Source of the DNA: Omnitrophica bacterium RIFCSPHIGHO2_02_FULL_46_20
Lineage (GTDB): Bacteria > Omnitrophota > Gorgyraeia > 2-01-FULL-45-10
Assembly: GCA_001804065.1 (NCBI GenBank)
Contig: MHFG01000082.1
Span: 1 to 46,646 of the forward strand
Length of the DNA stretch: 46,646 nt
Direction: 5' to 3'
A program made the translations under genes and the position numbers. Below are positions 34,930 through 46,041 of this stretch, piece by piece; within the stretch, counting starts at the first letter, position 1; the number at the start of each line of letters is the position of its first letter. The notes below the pieces were generated by a model. The model saw only the letters and a program-made list of their open reading frames with translations, was not told the origin of the DNA and searched no databases.

Positions 34930-35823
34930 ATGAGATATAAATATAGGAGGTATTTTCTATACTACCTCGGAAGGGCATTTGCTTTTCTTATCTACCTGCT
35001 TCCGCTTAGGGCAGGTGTAAGAATAGCCGCTTTTTTAGGGAAATGCGCGTATTTTGTCCTTGAAAAGTATCGGAAGATAGCCATAGAGAACCTGACCAAG
35101 GTATTTGGCAAAGAAAAGGCAGCAAAAGAGATCCGTCGTATCGCGCGCAAGGTATTCGAAAATCTTGGTAAAACCGCATGTGAGGCTATAAACTTTCCTA
35201 AACTAAACGAAAAAAATATCGACTCCTTTGTTAAGATAGAAGGCATTGATAATGTCGACAGATCTTTCGCGAGGGGTAAAGGCACTATTATACTGGCGTC
35301 CCATTTTGGGAATTGGGAACTCGTCGGGCTGATATTCCGCATAAAAGGATATCCAGGAGTAACTATCGGGAGAAGGATATATTTTTATAAATATGATAAT
35401 TACCTGAATTCTTTAAGAAGAAGCCATGATGTCAACGTGATATATCGCGATGAATCACCCAGAAAGATGCTCAAAGTCCTAAAAGAGAATAAGATATTGG
35501 GTATCGTAGCGGACCAGGATGTCGATTCGGTTGACGGCGTTTTTGTGAATTTCTTTGGGTTCCCCGCACATACACCGGCAGGGCCTGTGGCGCTGGCCAA
35601 GGCCAGCGGCGCGTCTATCGTGCCGGTATTCATGATTAGGAAGAATGGACATCACGTCTTTAAGATAGAGAAACCGATAGAGCTTGTTGACACCGGTAAT
35701 AAGGAAGCCGATCTAATTATCAATACTCAGAAGTGGTCCGATGTTGTAGAGTCGTATATCAGGCTTTATCCCGAACAGTGGGTTTGGATACACCGCAGGT
35801 GGAAGACCCGTGAAGCCAATTAA
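34930..35823 (+). CDS. LpxL/HtrB-family lipid A late acyltransferase (second copy). The start is moved from 34819, which lies inside repeat B, to the ATG at 34930.
   Basis: ILASHFGNWE, ADQDVD, YPEQWVWIHRRWK. The N-terminal hydrophobic segment fits the family. Confidence 0.7.
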   Translation: MRYKYRRYFLYYLGRAFAFLIYLLPLRAGVRIAAFLGKCAYFVLEKYRKIAIENLTKVFGKEKAAKEIRRIARKVFENLGKTACEAINFPKLNEKNIDSFVKIEGIDNVDRSFARGKGTIILASHFGNWELVGLIFRIKGYPGVTIGRRIYFYKYDNYLNSLRRSHDVNVIYRDESPRKMLKVLKENKILGIVADQDVDSVDGVFVNFFGFPAHTPAGPVALAKASGASIVPVFMIRKNGHHVFKIEKPIELVDTGNKEADLIINTQKWSDVVESYIRLYPEQWVWIHRRWKTREAN

Positions 35824-36634
35824 AGCGAAGAAGTATTTATTATTCGGATTATTTATAGCGGCGCTTATAGCGACAGGGTGCGGAAGAAAAGAGCCGCCGA
35901 AAACGAAAGCCGCGGTCGAGCCTGAGGAACGAAAAGGACGGCAGCCTTCGGAGGCGAAAGACGGCGGTATAGAGCATAAGGTCCTCTCGTTTAATCTGGA
36001 AGGCCTTACCGAGAAGGGCGATAAGAAGTGGGAAGTAATAGGCAGGACAGCCCGGTCAATCTCGGAGAACGAGATACGGCTTGGTAATATAGTGGCAAAG
36101 ACATACGGAGACGAAGAAGCGGTGATTACCGCCGATCAAGGCGTATATGACAAATCAAAAAATAACGTGAGACTTGAGAAGAATGTAGTCGCTACGATAG
36201 AAAATGCCAGTTCCGCGATAAAAGATCAAATAGGATTCTCAATCGATTCGCCTGATCCATCAAAAAGCGCGCAAAAAAAAGAATCGCCCGATAAACCTAA
36301 AGAAAAAAAGAAAATAATAATCACATGCGACGGAGAAGTTGAGTTCGATTATGTCAAAAATTTGGCCTATTTCAAGGATAACGTGAAGGTGAAGAGCGAA
36401 GACGGCGATATAGACGCCGATAAAATAACGGTTAATTTAGATCCTGCCTCAAAAAAGATAAATGATATAGTCGCGGAGGGCCATGTCAAGATAACTCAGA
36501 AAGAGAACGTGGCTTATGGCGACAGCGCCCGGTATAACGAAACGGATAAGACAGTTTCACTGACAGGAAAACCCATGATCGTCATCTCTCAGGAAGGCGA
36601 TAACACGCTAAAAGAACAATTCTTGGAGAAATAA
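35810..36634 (+). CDS. LptC/LptA (OstA)-like LPS-transport protein with a lipoprotein signal (GTG start)
   Basis: Lipobox LIATGC. Two beta-jellyroll-like halves (ITADQGVYDKSKNNVRLEKNV, then DADKITVNL...AEGHVKITQKENVAYGDSARYNETDKTVSLTGKP). Immediately upstream of lptB. Confidence 0.5.
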   Translation: MKPIKAKKYLLFGLFIAALIATGCGRKEPPKTKAAVEPEERKGRQPSEAKDGGIEHKVLSFNLEGLTEKGDKKWEVIGRTARSISENEIRLGNIVAKTYGDEEAVITADQGVYDKSKNNVRLEKNVVATIENASSAIKDQIGFSIDSPDPSKSAQKKESPDKPKEKKKIIITCDGEVEFDYVKNLAYFKDNVKVKSEDGDIDADKITVNLDPASKKINDIVAEGHVKITQKENVAYGDSARYNETDKTVSLTGKPMIVISQEGDNTLKEQFLEK

Positions 36635-36637
36635 AAT

Positions 36638-37360
36638 ATGCACCTACTCGAGACAACGGGTATAGAGAAGACTTATGGCAAGAGATGCGTAGTTAAATCC
36701 GTGGATATAAACGTGAAGCGAAGCGAAGTAGTGGGCCTGCTAGGCCCGAACGGCGCGGGCAAGACGACGACATTTTATATGATAACGGGTTTAATAGCGC
36801 CTGACAGCGGCAGGATAATATTTGACAGGCAGGATATAACGGAGATGCCTATGCACATGCGCGCGCGCTCCGGCATAGGGTATCTTTCCCAGGAGCCATC
36901 AATATTCAGAAAATTGACGGTCGAAGAGAATATCATGGCGATTCTGGAAACCTTGGAATTTTCCCCTCGAGAACGCCGCCGACGGCTGGATGAACTATTA
37001 AACGAATTAAAGATAACGCATTTAAGAAAAAATATGGCATACACGCTTTCAGGCGGCGAAAAGAGGCGCGTCGAAATTACACGGGCTCTCGTTACGAACC
37101 CTATGTTCATATTATTGGATGAGCCGTTCAGCGGCATAGATCCTATAGCGGTCGGAGAATGCCAGGAGATCATAAAAGAATTGAAAGAGAAGGGGTTGGG
37201 CATACTTTTGACGGATCACAATGTCAGGGAGACGCTGACGATATGCGACCGTTCTTACCTGATGGCAGGCGGGAAAATTCTCATATCCGGCCCAAAGGAA
37301 GATCTCATATCCAATCCAAAAGCAAGAGAGATCTATCTAGGTGAAAAATTTACAATGTAG
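36638..37360 (+). CDS. lptB: LPS export ABC transporter ATP-binding protein
   Basis: Walker A GPNGAGKTT, signature LSGGEKRR, Walker B ILLDEP, C-terminal YLGEKF. Confidence 0.9.
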   Translation: MHLLETTGIEKTYGKRCVVKSVDINVKRSEVVGLLGPNGAGKTTTFYMITGLIAPDSGRIIFDRQDITEMPMHMRARSGIGYLSQEPSIFRKLTVEENIMAILETLEFSPRERRRRLDELLNELKITHLRKNMAYTLSGGEKRRVEITRALVTNPMFILLDEPFSGIDPIAVGECQEIIKELKEKGLGILLTDHNVRETLTICDRSYLMAGGKILISGPKEDLISNPKAREIYLGEKFTM

Positions 37361-37391
37361 TCAAATGGGCGCGTGACTTATTTGAGTTATG

Positions 37392-37421
37392 TTGCGGGAA
37401 AACGCGATTTTGTGTTATAAT
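37392..37421 (+). promoter_or_regulatory. Candidate extended -10 promoter for tig-clpP
   Basis: TTGCGG (37392-97), 18-nt spacer ending in TGT, then TATAAT (37416-21), i.e. TGnTATAAT. About 40 nt upstream of the tig GTG. Confidence 0.5.
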
Positions 37422-37459
37422 TACTCACTCAAGATGGGCATGGTAGAAGAAGGGGCAGA

Positions 37460-38737
37460 GTGAAAACAAAGGCAAAATCGGTAGAAGAATGCACGACACT
37501 CTTTGAGATAGAGGTGCCGAAAGAGACCATAGACAAGGCATTTGAAGATATGTATGCCCAGTTCGCGAAGAGCGCTAATATTCCAGGTTTTAGGGTAGGG
37601 AAGGCGCCTAAAGAGTTAGTCAGGAAATATTATCCGAAAGAGGCAAAAAAAGAGGTTATGAATCAGGTCATTCCCGGCGCCTATCAGAAGGCCGTTGAGG
37701 AGCATAAAATAGAGCCGATAGGTTACCCTGAGATAACAGACCTCATATTCGAAGAAGGAAAGACGATGACTTTTAAGGCCAAGGTTGATACGCGTCCGAA
37801 ATTTAAATTAAAAAATTACAAGGGAATTCAGATTGATAAGAAAAAAGCAGCGGTTAAGGGCGAGGATATAAACAAGGCCATAGAAAATTTAAGAGAATAC
37901 AACGCGAAATATGTTGCGGCGGAGGACAGGCCCATACAATTGAATGATTATGTCGTGAGCGACCTGGAATGCGTCGTTGACGGAAGGAGCGCGCATAAGA
38001 AACGGGAGAATCTATGGCTTTACGCGGATAAAGAATCATTAATGAGCGGCCTGACCGAGAAGATGATCGGTATGAAAAAGGGCGAAGAACGCGACATAGA
38101 AGTCGCGCTGCCTGAAAAATATCCCGACAAAACATTAGCCGGCAAAATCGCTAAATATCATGTCAATGTTAAGGATATAAAGGTGAGGAGCCTGCCGAGC
38201 GTTGATGACGAATTCGCGAAAGATTTAGGTAAAGAAAATCTAGAGCAGCTCAAAAAGGAGATAGCCGAAGCCCTCGAGAAGAAGATGGTATCCGATAGCG
38301 AAATAGCCATGGAGAATCAGCTTCTCAGTAAACTGATAGACGAGAATAGCTTTGCGGTCCCGTCAAATCTGATAAAAAAGCAGGCCCATCTCATGATAGA
38401 GGACGCCAAAGCTAAATTACAGGAAAAGGGCTTCAAAAAAGAGGACCTCGACAAGAAGGATGATGAGTTTACCGGTAGATTCAAGGATGACGCGGCAAGA
38501 CGGGTAAGATTGATGTTTATCCTCGACAGGATAGCGACTGACGAGACAATCGAGGCAGATGACAAAGATCTGGAGAACGCATACAAGGCTATCTCGATCC
38601 AGACAGGCAAGAACGAAAAAGAAATAAAGGATTATTACGAAAAAGAAGCCCTTAAAGATAATCTCTTGGAACGGATAAGGGAGGAGAAGACGATCGAATT
38701 TCTCCTCAAAAATGCGGATATAAAAGAGAAGGATTAA
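37460..38737 (+). CDS. tig: Trigger factor (GTG start)
   Basis: The N-terminal ribosome-binding region contains [10 protein letters not shown] (GFRxGxxP motif). Central FKBP-like part. Upstream of clpP. Confidence 0.9.
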   Translation: MKTKAKSVEECTTLFEIEVPKETIDKAFEDMYAQFAKSANIPGFRVGKAPKELVRKYYPKEAKKEVMNQVIPGAYQKAVEEHKIEPIGYPEITDLIFEEGKTMTFKAKVDTRPKFKLKNYKGIQIDKKKAAVKGEDINKAIENLREYNAKYVAAEDRPIQLNDYVVSDLECVVDGRSAHKKRENLWLYADKESLMSGLTEKMIGMKKGEERDIEVALPEKYPDKTLAGKIAKYHVNVKDIKVRSLPSVDDEFAKDLGKENLEQLKKEIAEALEKKMVSDSEIAMENQLLSKLIDENSFAVPSNLIKKQAHLMIEDAKAKLQEKGFKKEDLDKKDDEFTGRFKDDAARRVRLMFILDRIATDETIEADDKDLENAYKAISIQTGKNEKEIKDYYEKEALKDNLLERIREEKTIEFLLKNADIKEKD

Positions 38738-38751
38738 ATAAGGAGGCATCG

Positions 38752-39351
38752 ATGGGTATACTTGTTCCGATGGTAATAGAGACTACTGGCAGGGGCGAAA
38801 GAGCATATGATATCTATTCGAGACTTTTAAAAGACAGGATTGTTTTTATAGGCACTGCAATCGACGACATAGTAGCGAATCTCATTATCGCGCAGATGCT
38901 GTTTTTACAGATGGAGGATCCGGATAAAGATATAGAAGTATATATCAACACCCCCGGCGGTTCCGTTACGAGCGGGTTGGCCATATACGACACCATGCAG
39001 TTCGTGAAACCCGATGTCAGCACTTATTGCGTCGGACAGGCGACGAGCATGGGGGCGCTTCTACTCTCAGCAGGCACAGCCGGTAAGCGCTACGCGCTTC
39101 CACATTCAAGGATAATGATTCACCAGCCATGGGGCGGGGTGCAGGGCGCCGCGGCAGACATCAACATTCAGGCGCAGGAGATATTAAGGCTGAGAGCGAG
39201 GCTCGAAGAGATACTCGCTAAACATACGAAGCAGCCGTTAGAGAAGATACAGAAGGATAGCGACAGAGACTATTTTATGTCTGCGGAAGAAGCAAAGGTA
39301 TACGGCATAGTTGACGAAGTCATCGAAAATATTGTAAAGAAGAAGAAATAA
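38752..39351 (+). CDS. clpP: ATP-dependent Clp protease proteolytic subunit
   Basis: [23 protein letters not shown] (catalytic Ser), IMIHQP (His). Confidence 0.95.
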   Translation: MGILVPMVIETTGRGERAYDIYSRLLKDRIVFIGTAIDDIVANLIIAQMLFLQMEDPDKDIEVYINTPGGSVTSGLAIYDTMQFVKPDVSTYCVGQATSMGALLLSAGTAGKRYALPHSRIMIHQPWGGVQGAAADINIQAQEILRLRARLEEILAKHTKQPLEKIQKDSDRDYFMSAEEAKVYGIVDEVIENIVKKKK

Positions 39352-39369
39352 TTTTTAGAGGAGATATCA

Positions 39370-40500
39370 ATGAGCAAAAAGTACCTGATGACGCCGGGAC
39401 CCACGCCTGTGCCCGAGGATATCAGGCTTGAGATGGCAAAGCCTATAATACATCACAGGACAAAAGAGTATCAGGCTATATTTAAAGAAGCGACTGAAGG
39501 GTTGAAGAAGATATTTAAGACCTCAAACAATGTATACACATTTACTTCGAGCGGCACAGGCGCGATGGAGGCATCTATCGTGAACGTTCTTTCGCCCGGA
39601 GATAAGATAATAGTCGTGCGGGGAGGAAAGTTCGGCGAAAGGTTCGCGGATTTAGCGCAAGCCTATGGCATAGAGGTCATTCCGATAGACGTTGAGTGGG
39701 GCACAGCTCCGGAGCCGGAAATCATAAAGGCCGCGCTGAAGAAAAATCCCAGCGTAAAAGGTGTTTACACGACTCTCTGCGAAACATCGACAGCTACCGT
39801 TTTTGATATCAAAGCTATCGGAGAGATTGTGAAGGGCACCGGCGCGCTATTCGTTGTCGACGCTATAAGCGGATTAGGAGCCGATGATTTTGAAAATGAC
39901 AAATGGGGAGTGGATATAGCTGTTTGCGGTTCGCAGAAGGGCCTTATGATACCGCCTGGATTGGCATTCTGCTCGGTAAGCGAAAAGGCCTGGAAGTATG
40001 CCGAAACTTCGAAATTGCCGAAATTCTATTTTAATTTCAAAAAATATAAGAAGGCATGGCTCGATACGGATACGCCGTTCACATCAGCGATAACACTTGT
40101 AATAGGATTGAAGAAGGCAGTTGAAAAGATAAATAAGCAGGGAATCGACAATGTCATAGCTGAACACAATGCGCAGGCCCGCGCGTTCCGCGCGGCTTGC
40201 AATGCTATCGGCCTGAAGATATTTTCCAAATCGCCCTCTTCGGCAGTTACCGGCGTTAACACGCCCGCGAGGATTAATGCCGATGACTTGGTAAAGCTTT
40301 TAAAGACGGAATTCAACGTGACTTTTGCGGGCGGGCAAGAACATCTCAAAGGCAAGATATTCAGATGCGCCCACATGGGCGGAATCGATAGGGAGCATAC
40401 GATCGAGTCGATAAGGGCGCTCGGACAAGCGCTTACAAAATTAGGATATGAATTTAAGGCGGGCGCAGGTGTTGCGGCGGCAGAAGATATCTTGCATTAG
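39370..40500 (+). CDS. Class-V aminotransferase (serine-pyruvate/alanine-glyoxylate type). Given its linkage to serA, it is plausibly the phosphoserine aminotransferase of this organism.
   Basis: MTPGPTPVP N-terminus, SSGTGAMEA, CGSQKGL (PLP lysine context). Directly upstream of serA. Confidence 0.7.
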   Translation: MSKKYLMTPGPTPVPEDIRLEMAKPIIHHRTKEYQAIFKEATEGLKKIFKTSNNVYTFTSSGTGAMEASIVNVLSPGDKIIVVRGGKFGERFADLAQAYGIEVIPIDVEWGTAPEPEIIKAALKKNPSVKGVYTTLCETSTATVFDIKAIGEIVKGTGALFVVDAISGLGADDFENDKWGVDIAVCGSQKGLMIPPGLAFCSVSEKAWKYAETSKLPKFYFNFKKYKKAWLDTDTPFTSAITLVIGLKKAVEKINKQGIDNVIAEHNAQARAFRAACNAIGLKIFSKSPSSAVTGVNTPARINADDLVKLLKTEFNVTFAGGQEHLKGKIFRCAHMGGIDREHTIESIRALGQALTKLGYEFKAGAGVAAAEDILH

Positions 40501-40514
40501 GGTGGGGAGGAGAA

Positions 40515-42104
40515 ATGCCATACAAGGTTCTCATAAGCGATTCGCTTTCTAAAGAAGCGGTGGACATCTTAGAAAAAGAGAAAGACTTAAAGATTGACGT
40601 AAATACTAAGCTTACGCCGGATAATTTAAAGAAAGTCATAAAAGATTATGACGCGTTATTAGTCCGCTCAAGCACTAAGGTTACGAAGGATGTTATAAAC
40701 GCGGCGGATAGATTGAAAATAGTAGGCAGGGCCGGCGTGGGCTTGGATAATGTTGACGTAGATGCTGCTTCAAAAAAAGGCATCATAGTCGTAAATACGC
40801 CGGGTGGAAATACGATCTCAACCGCAGAGCATACATTCTCGATGATGCTCGCGCTTTCAAGAAGCATACCGCAGGCGGACATATCCATGAAGAAAGGCGA
40901 GTGGGAGCGAAAAAAATTCGTGGGAGTAGAACTTTACGGTAAGACTCTCGGCGTCGTGGGATTAGGGCGGATCGGAACCGAGGTAGCCAAAAGGGCGTTA
41001 AGTTTTGAAATGAGGGTCGTTGCTTACGACCCATACCTTTCATTTGAAAAGGCAAAAGCGCTTGGCATAGAATCCGTGGATTTACAGAGCCTTCTCAAGG
41101 CGTCAGATTACATAACGGTACACACGCCGCTGACTGATGCGACAAAACACATAATGTCAGACAAAGAATTTGAAATTATGAAAAAAGGCGCGCGGATAAT
41201 AAACTGCGCGCGCGGAGGCATAATAGATGAGGCCGCGCTGGTTAGGGCGATAGAATCAGGCAAGGTCGCCGGCGCGGCGCTAGATGTATACGAAGACGAG
41301 CCGCCGTCAAAGTCTTCGAAGCTTTTGAAGCTTGACAAAGTTGTTCTCACCCCGCACCTCGGCGCGTCCACAAAAGAGGCGCAGGTGAATGTTGCGGTAG
41401 ACATCGCCAACACTGTCCGCGATATCCTTTTAGGCCGCTGCGTGAGGAACGCGGTTAACATGCCTTGCGTTGATCCGGAAGTTTTTAAAGTAATAAAACC
41501 TTACCTTAAGCTTTCGGAAAATATAGGTTCGATCATTACGCAGATAGTCGAAGGGCATATAAAAAAGGTAAAGATCAAATATGTGGGCGATATATTAAAA
41601 TACGACCTGTCTCCTTTTACGGTATCGATAATGAAAGGTATCCTTACCCCTATATTACAAGAGACGGTCAATTTTGTAAATTCTTTAGTAATAGCGAAAG
41701 ACCGGGGGATTGAGGTAGTTGAATCAAAGACCGCGCAGATCCAGGATTTTGCGAGCCTGATTATTGTCGAGGCCGAAACGGATAAAGCCAAGAGTTCTGT
41801 CGCGGGGACTCTGTTTACTAAGGGCGATCCCAGAATAGTGAAGATCAATGAGTTCTGGGTGGACTGCGCGCCCGAAGGCAACATGCTCACTGTTTTTAAT
41901 AAGGATGTGCCGGGAATCATCGGCGCGATCGGGACGATATTCGGCAAGAATGATATAAATATAGCGAGCGTCTCATTCGGAAGAGACGTTAAAGGCGGCA
42001 ATGCGGTTAGTGTCTGGAATATTGATAGCGATGCGCCTAAGAAGGTCCTGGATGAAATCAGAAGAGCAAAAAATATTCAGGAAGTGAAGTTAGTTAAGTT
42101 GTAA
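40515..42104 (+). CDS. serA: D-3-phosphoglycerate dehydrogenase, long form with a C-terminal ACT domain
   Basis: GVVGLGRIGTEVA NAD motif, NCARGG, TPHLGAST. 529 aa with an ASB/ACT tail. Confidence 0.9.
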   Translation: MPYKVLISDSLSKEAVDILEKEKDLKIDVNTKLTPDNLKKVIKDYDALLVRSSTKVTKDVINAADRLKIVGRAGVGLDNVDVDAASKKGIIVVNTPGGNTISTAEHTFSMMLALSRSIPQADISMKKGEWERKKFVGVELYGKTLGVVGLGRIGTEVAKRALSFEMRVVAYDPYLSFEKAKALGIESVDLQSLLKASDYITVHTPLTDATKHIMSDKEFEIMKKGARIINCARGGIIDEAALVRAIESGKVAGAALDVYEDEPPSKSSKLLKLDKVVLTPHLGASTKEAQVNVAVDIANTVRDILLGRCVRNAVNMPCVDPEVFKVIKPYLKLSENIGSIITQIVEGHIKKVKIKYVGDILKYDLSPFTVSIMKGILTPILQETVNFVNSLVIAKDRGIEVVESKTAQIQDFASLIIVEAETDKAKSSVAGTLFTKGDPRIVKINEFWVDCAPEGNMLTVFNKDVPGIIGAIGTIFGKNDINIASVSFGRDVKGGNAVSVWNIDSDAPKKVLDEIRRAKNIQEVKLVKL

Positions 42105-42120
42105 GAAAAAAAGGCAAGGT

Positions 42121-42179
42121 ATGAAACTTCGTATTGCACTTAAGGATAAGTTCCATGTGCAATCGTATGAGGTAGGCAC
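42121..42179 (+). repeat. 59-nt start-codon-abutting element, divergent copy
   Basis: ATGAAACTTCGTATTGCACTTAAGGATAAGTTCCATGTGCAATCGTATGAGGTAGGCAC. Roughly three-quarters identical to the other copies, with two compensating 1-nt indels. It ends exactly at the ATG at 42180. Confidence 0.75.
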
Positions 42180-43418
42180 ATGAAAAAACAAAATAAAATT
42201 TACATACTCGATGTAACAAATAGGGATGGCGTGCAGACATCTAGGCTTGGGCTGGCGAAACTGCAGAAGACGATGATAAATATTTACCTTAACGAGATGG
42301 GCGTTCACCAGTCCGAGTTCGGCTTCCCTGTTACGCATCATGAAACCAATTATCTGAATGCGAACTTAGAACTTGCAAAGATAGGCGTCTTAAAGCCCAT
42401 AGTATTGAGCGGCTGGATAAGAGCGATAAAAGATGATGTTGAGAAGGCGTGCAAGATGACAAAAGTAGAGAATCTCAACCTTTCGATATCTACATCCGAA
42501 CAGATGATAAGCGGCAAATTCCAAGGGAAATATACGAAAGAGGATGTCATAAGAGAGATGGCCGAGGCCGTGCATACAGCGCGTAAGCGCGGAATAAAAC
42601 TTGTCGGTGTCAACGCGGAAGACGCTTCAAGGACCCATCTAGACTATCTTATTAAGTTCGCAAGGGCCGCTAAAAAAGCAGGAGCGGACAGAATACGTTA
42701 TTGCGACACGCTTGGCTACGACGATCCTTTCACTATATATGAAAGAATAAAGATACTGGCAGAGGAAATCAAATTACCGATAGAGCTGCACTGTCACAAC
42801 GACCTCGGAATGGTCGTTGCTTGTTCTGTTGCCGGCGCTAAAGCGGCCATGGACGCGGGAGTTGACGCTTACATAAATACTACTGTGAACGGCATGGGCG
42901 AGCGAGCTGGCAATGCGGATCTTGTAAGCATTATACTGGCGATAAAATACGCCAGCGGTTTCCATGACAAATTAGCGCTGGATGAAAAGATCAAGCTTTC
43001 CTGCGCGTGGAAGATAGCGAAATACGCCTCGTACGCTTTTGGCGTGCCAATACCAATAAACCAGCCGGGTGTCGGCGCAAACGCGTTCGCGCATGAATCA
43101 GGGATACATGCCGACGGCGCATTAAAGGATAGGAGAAACTACGAGCTTTATGATTTTGAGGAGCTCGGCAGGGGCGAGCCCGAAATAGTAGAAACCGGAA
43201 GGCAGATTACCGCCGGAGAATATAGCGGTATAAGGGGCTTCAGAAACGTTTATGACAAGCTCGAGATAAAATTCGAGAACGAGAAGGATGCTACGAAGAT
43301 ATTAGAGCTTGTCCGCTACGCAAATGTCCATACTCACCAGCCGCTGACCGAGGATGAATTGAGATTCATCGCTAAATATCCGGAAATAGCGCGTAAAATA
43401 TTCACTATGACCGCATAA
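42180..43418 (+). CDS. HMGL-like (DRE-TIM) family enzyme: homocitrate/citramalate/2-isopropylmalate synthase-like, without a LeuA regulatory domain
   Basis: LDVTNRDGVQT (variant of the TLRDGEQ motif), HCHNDLGMVVA, NGMGERAGNADL, HESGIHADG. Confidence 0.6.
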   Translation: MKKQNKIYILDVTNRDGVQTSRLGLAKLQKTMINIYLNEMGVHQSEFGFPVTHHETNYLNANLELAKIGVLKPIVLSGWIRAIKDDVEKACKMTKVENLNLSISTSEQMISGKFQGKYTKEDVIREMAEAVHTARKRGIKLVGVNAEDASRTHLDYLIKFARAAKKAGADRIRYCDTLGYDDPFTIYERIKILAEEIKLPIELHCHNDLGMVVACSVAGAKAAMDAGVDAYINTTVNGMGERAGNADLVSIILAIKYASGFHDKLALDEKIKLSCAWKIAKYASYAFGVPIPINQPGVGANAFAHESGIHADGALKDRRNYELYDFEELGRGEPEIVETGRQITAGEYSGIRGFRNVYDKLEIKFENEKDATKILELVRYANVHTHQPLTEDELRFIAKYPEIARKIFTMTA

Positions 43419-43441
43419 ATACTATAAGGAGAGTGAGCAAT

Positions 43442-43500
43442 ATGAAACCTCGTATTGTATTTGGGAGAGGTTCCATGCGCAATTGTAGGAGGGTTGGCAC
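43442..43500 (+). repeat. 59-nt start-codon-abutting element, copy 4
   Basis: ATGAAACCTCGTATTGTATTTGGGAGAGGTTCCATGCGCAATTGTAGGAGGGTTGGCAC. 52/59 positions identical to unit 1 (hand count). It ends exactly at the ATG at 43501. Confidence 0.85.
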
Positions 43501-45322
<1,822 letters not shown>

Positions 45323-45342
45323 AATCCTTTCTTTTAATTAGA

Positions 45343-46041
45343 ATGACAAATATACCTCATCACGTCGCGATTATAATGGACGGCAACGGCAGGTGGGCCA
45401 AGAAAAAGGGCCTGCCCAAGATAGTAGGGCACCGTGCAGGTATCAAGAGCGTTGAAGAGGCCATTAAAGGCGCTAAAGAATTGGGCGTGAAGATACTCAC
45501 CCTCTATACTTTTTCTACGGAAAATTGGAAGCGGCCCAAGTATGAGGTAAACGCGCTCTTCAAATTACTCGAAAATTATATAGATAAGGAGCTGGACTTA
45601 TTCGATAAGAATGATATAAGACTCTCCGCGATAGGAAGGATGGAAGGCCTCCCGCGGATCGTCCGAGAAAAATTGATTAAGGCCATAGACCGCACCAAGG
45701 ATAATAAATCGCTCATATTAAACATAGCGTTAAATTACGGGTCAAGGCAAGAGATAGTCGATGCGGTGCGTAAAATATTGAAAGATTACGAGAAAGGCCT
45801 GGTGAGCATAGAGTCTATAGACGAAAAGACATTCAGCGATTATCTTTATACAAAATGTATGCCTGATCCCGATCTTCTCATACGGACTTCGGGAGAAATG
45901 AGGGTGTCCAATTTTCTTTTATGGCAGATATCATACGCGGAGATATATGTGACTAAAAAACTATGGCCTGATTTTAGAAAAAGCGACTTCAAGAAGGCCA
46001 TTAGAGAATACAGTGCAAGGGATAGAAGGTATGGCGGATAG
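45343..46041 (+). CDS. uppS: Undecaprenyl diphosphate synthase
   Basis: HVAIIMDGNGRWA, FSTENWKRP, RTSGEMRVSNFLLWQ. Confidence 0.95.
   Translation: MTNIPHHVAIIMDGNGRWAKKKGLPKIVGHRAGIKSVEEAIKGAKELGVKILTLYTFSTENWKRPKYEVNALFKLLENYIDKELDLFDKNDIRLSAIGRMEGLPRIVREKLIKAIDRTKDNKSLILNIALNYGSRQEIVDAVRKILKDYEKGLVSIESIDEKTFSDYLYTKCMPDPDLLIRTSGEMRVSNFLLWQISYAEIYVTKKLWPDFRKSDFKKAIREYSARDRRYGG

Noticed and set aside
39352-39369. Absence of clpX directly after clpP as an anomaly
   Set aside because: clpX is frequently encoded elsewhere. This is not informative without the whole genome.
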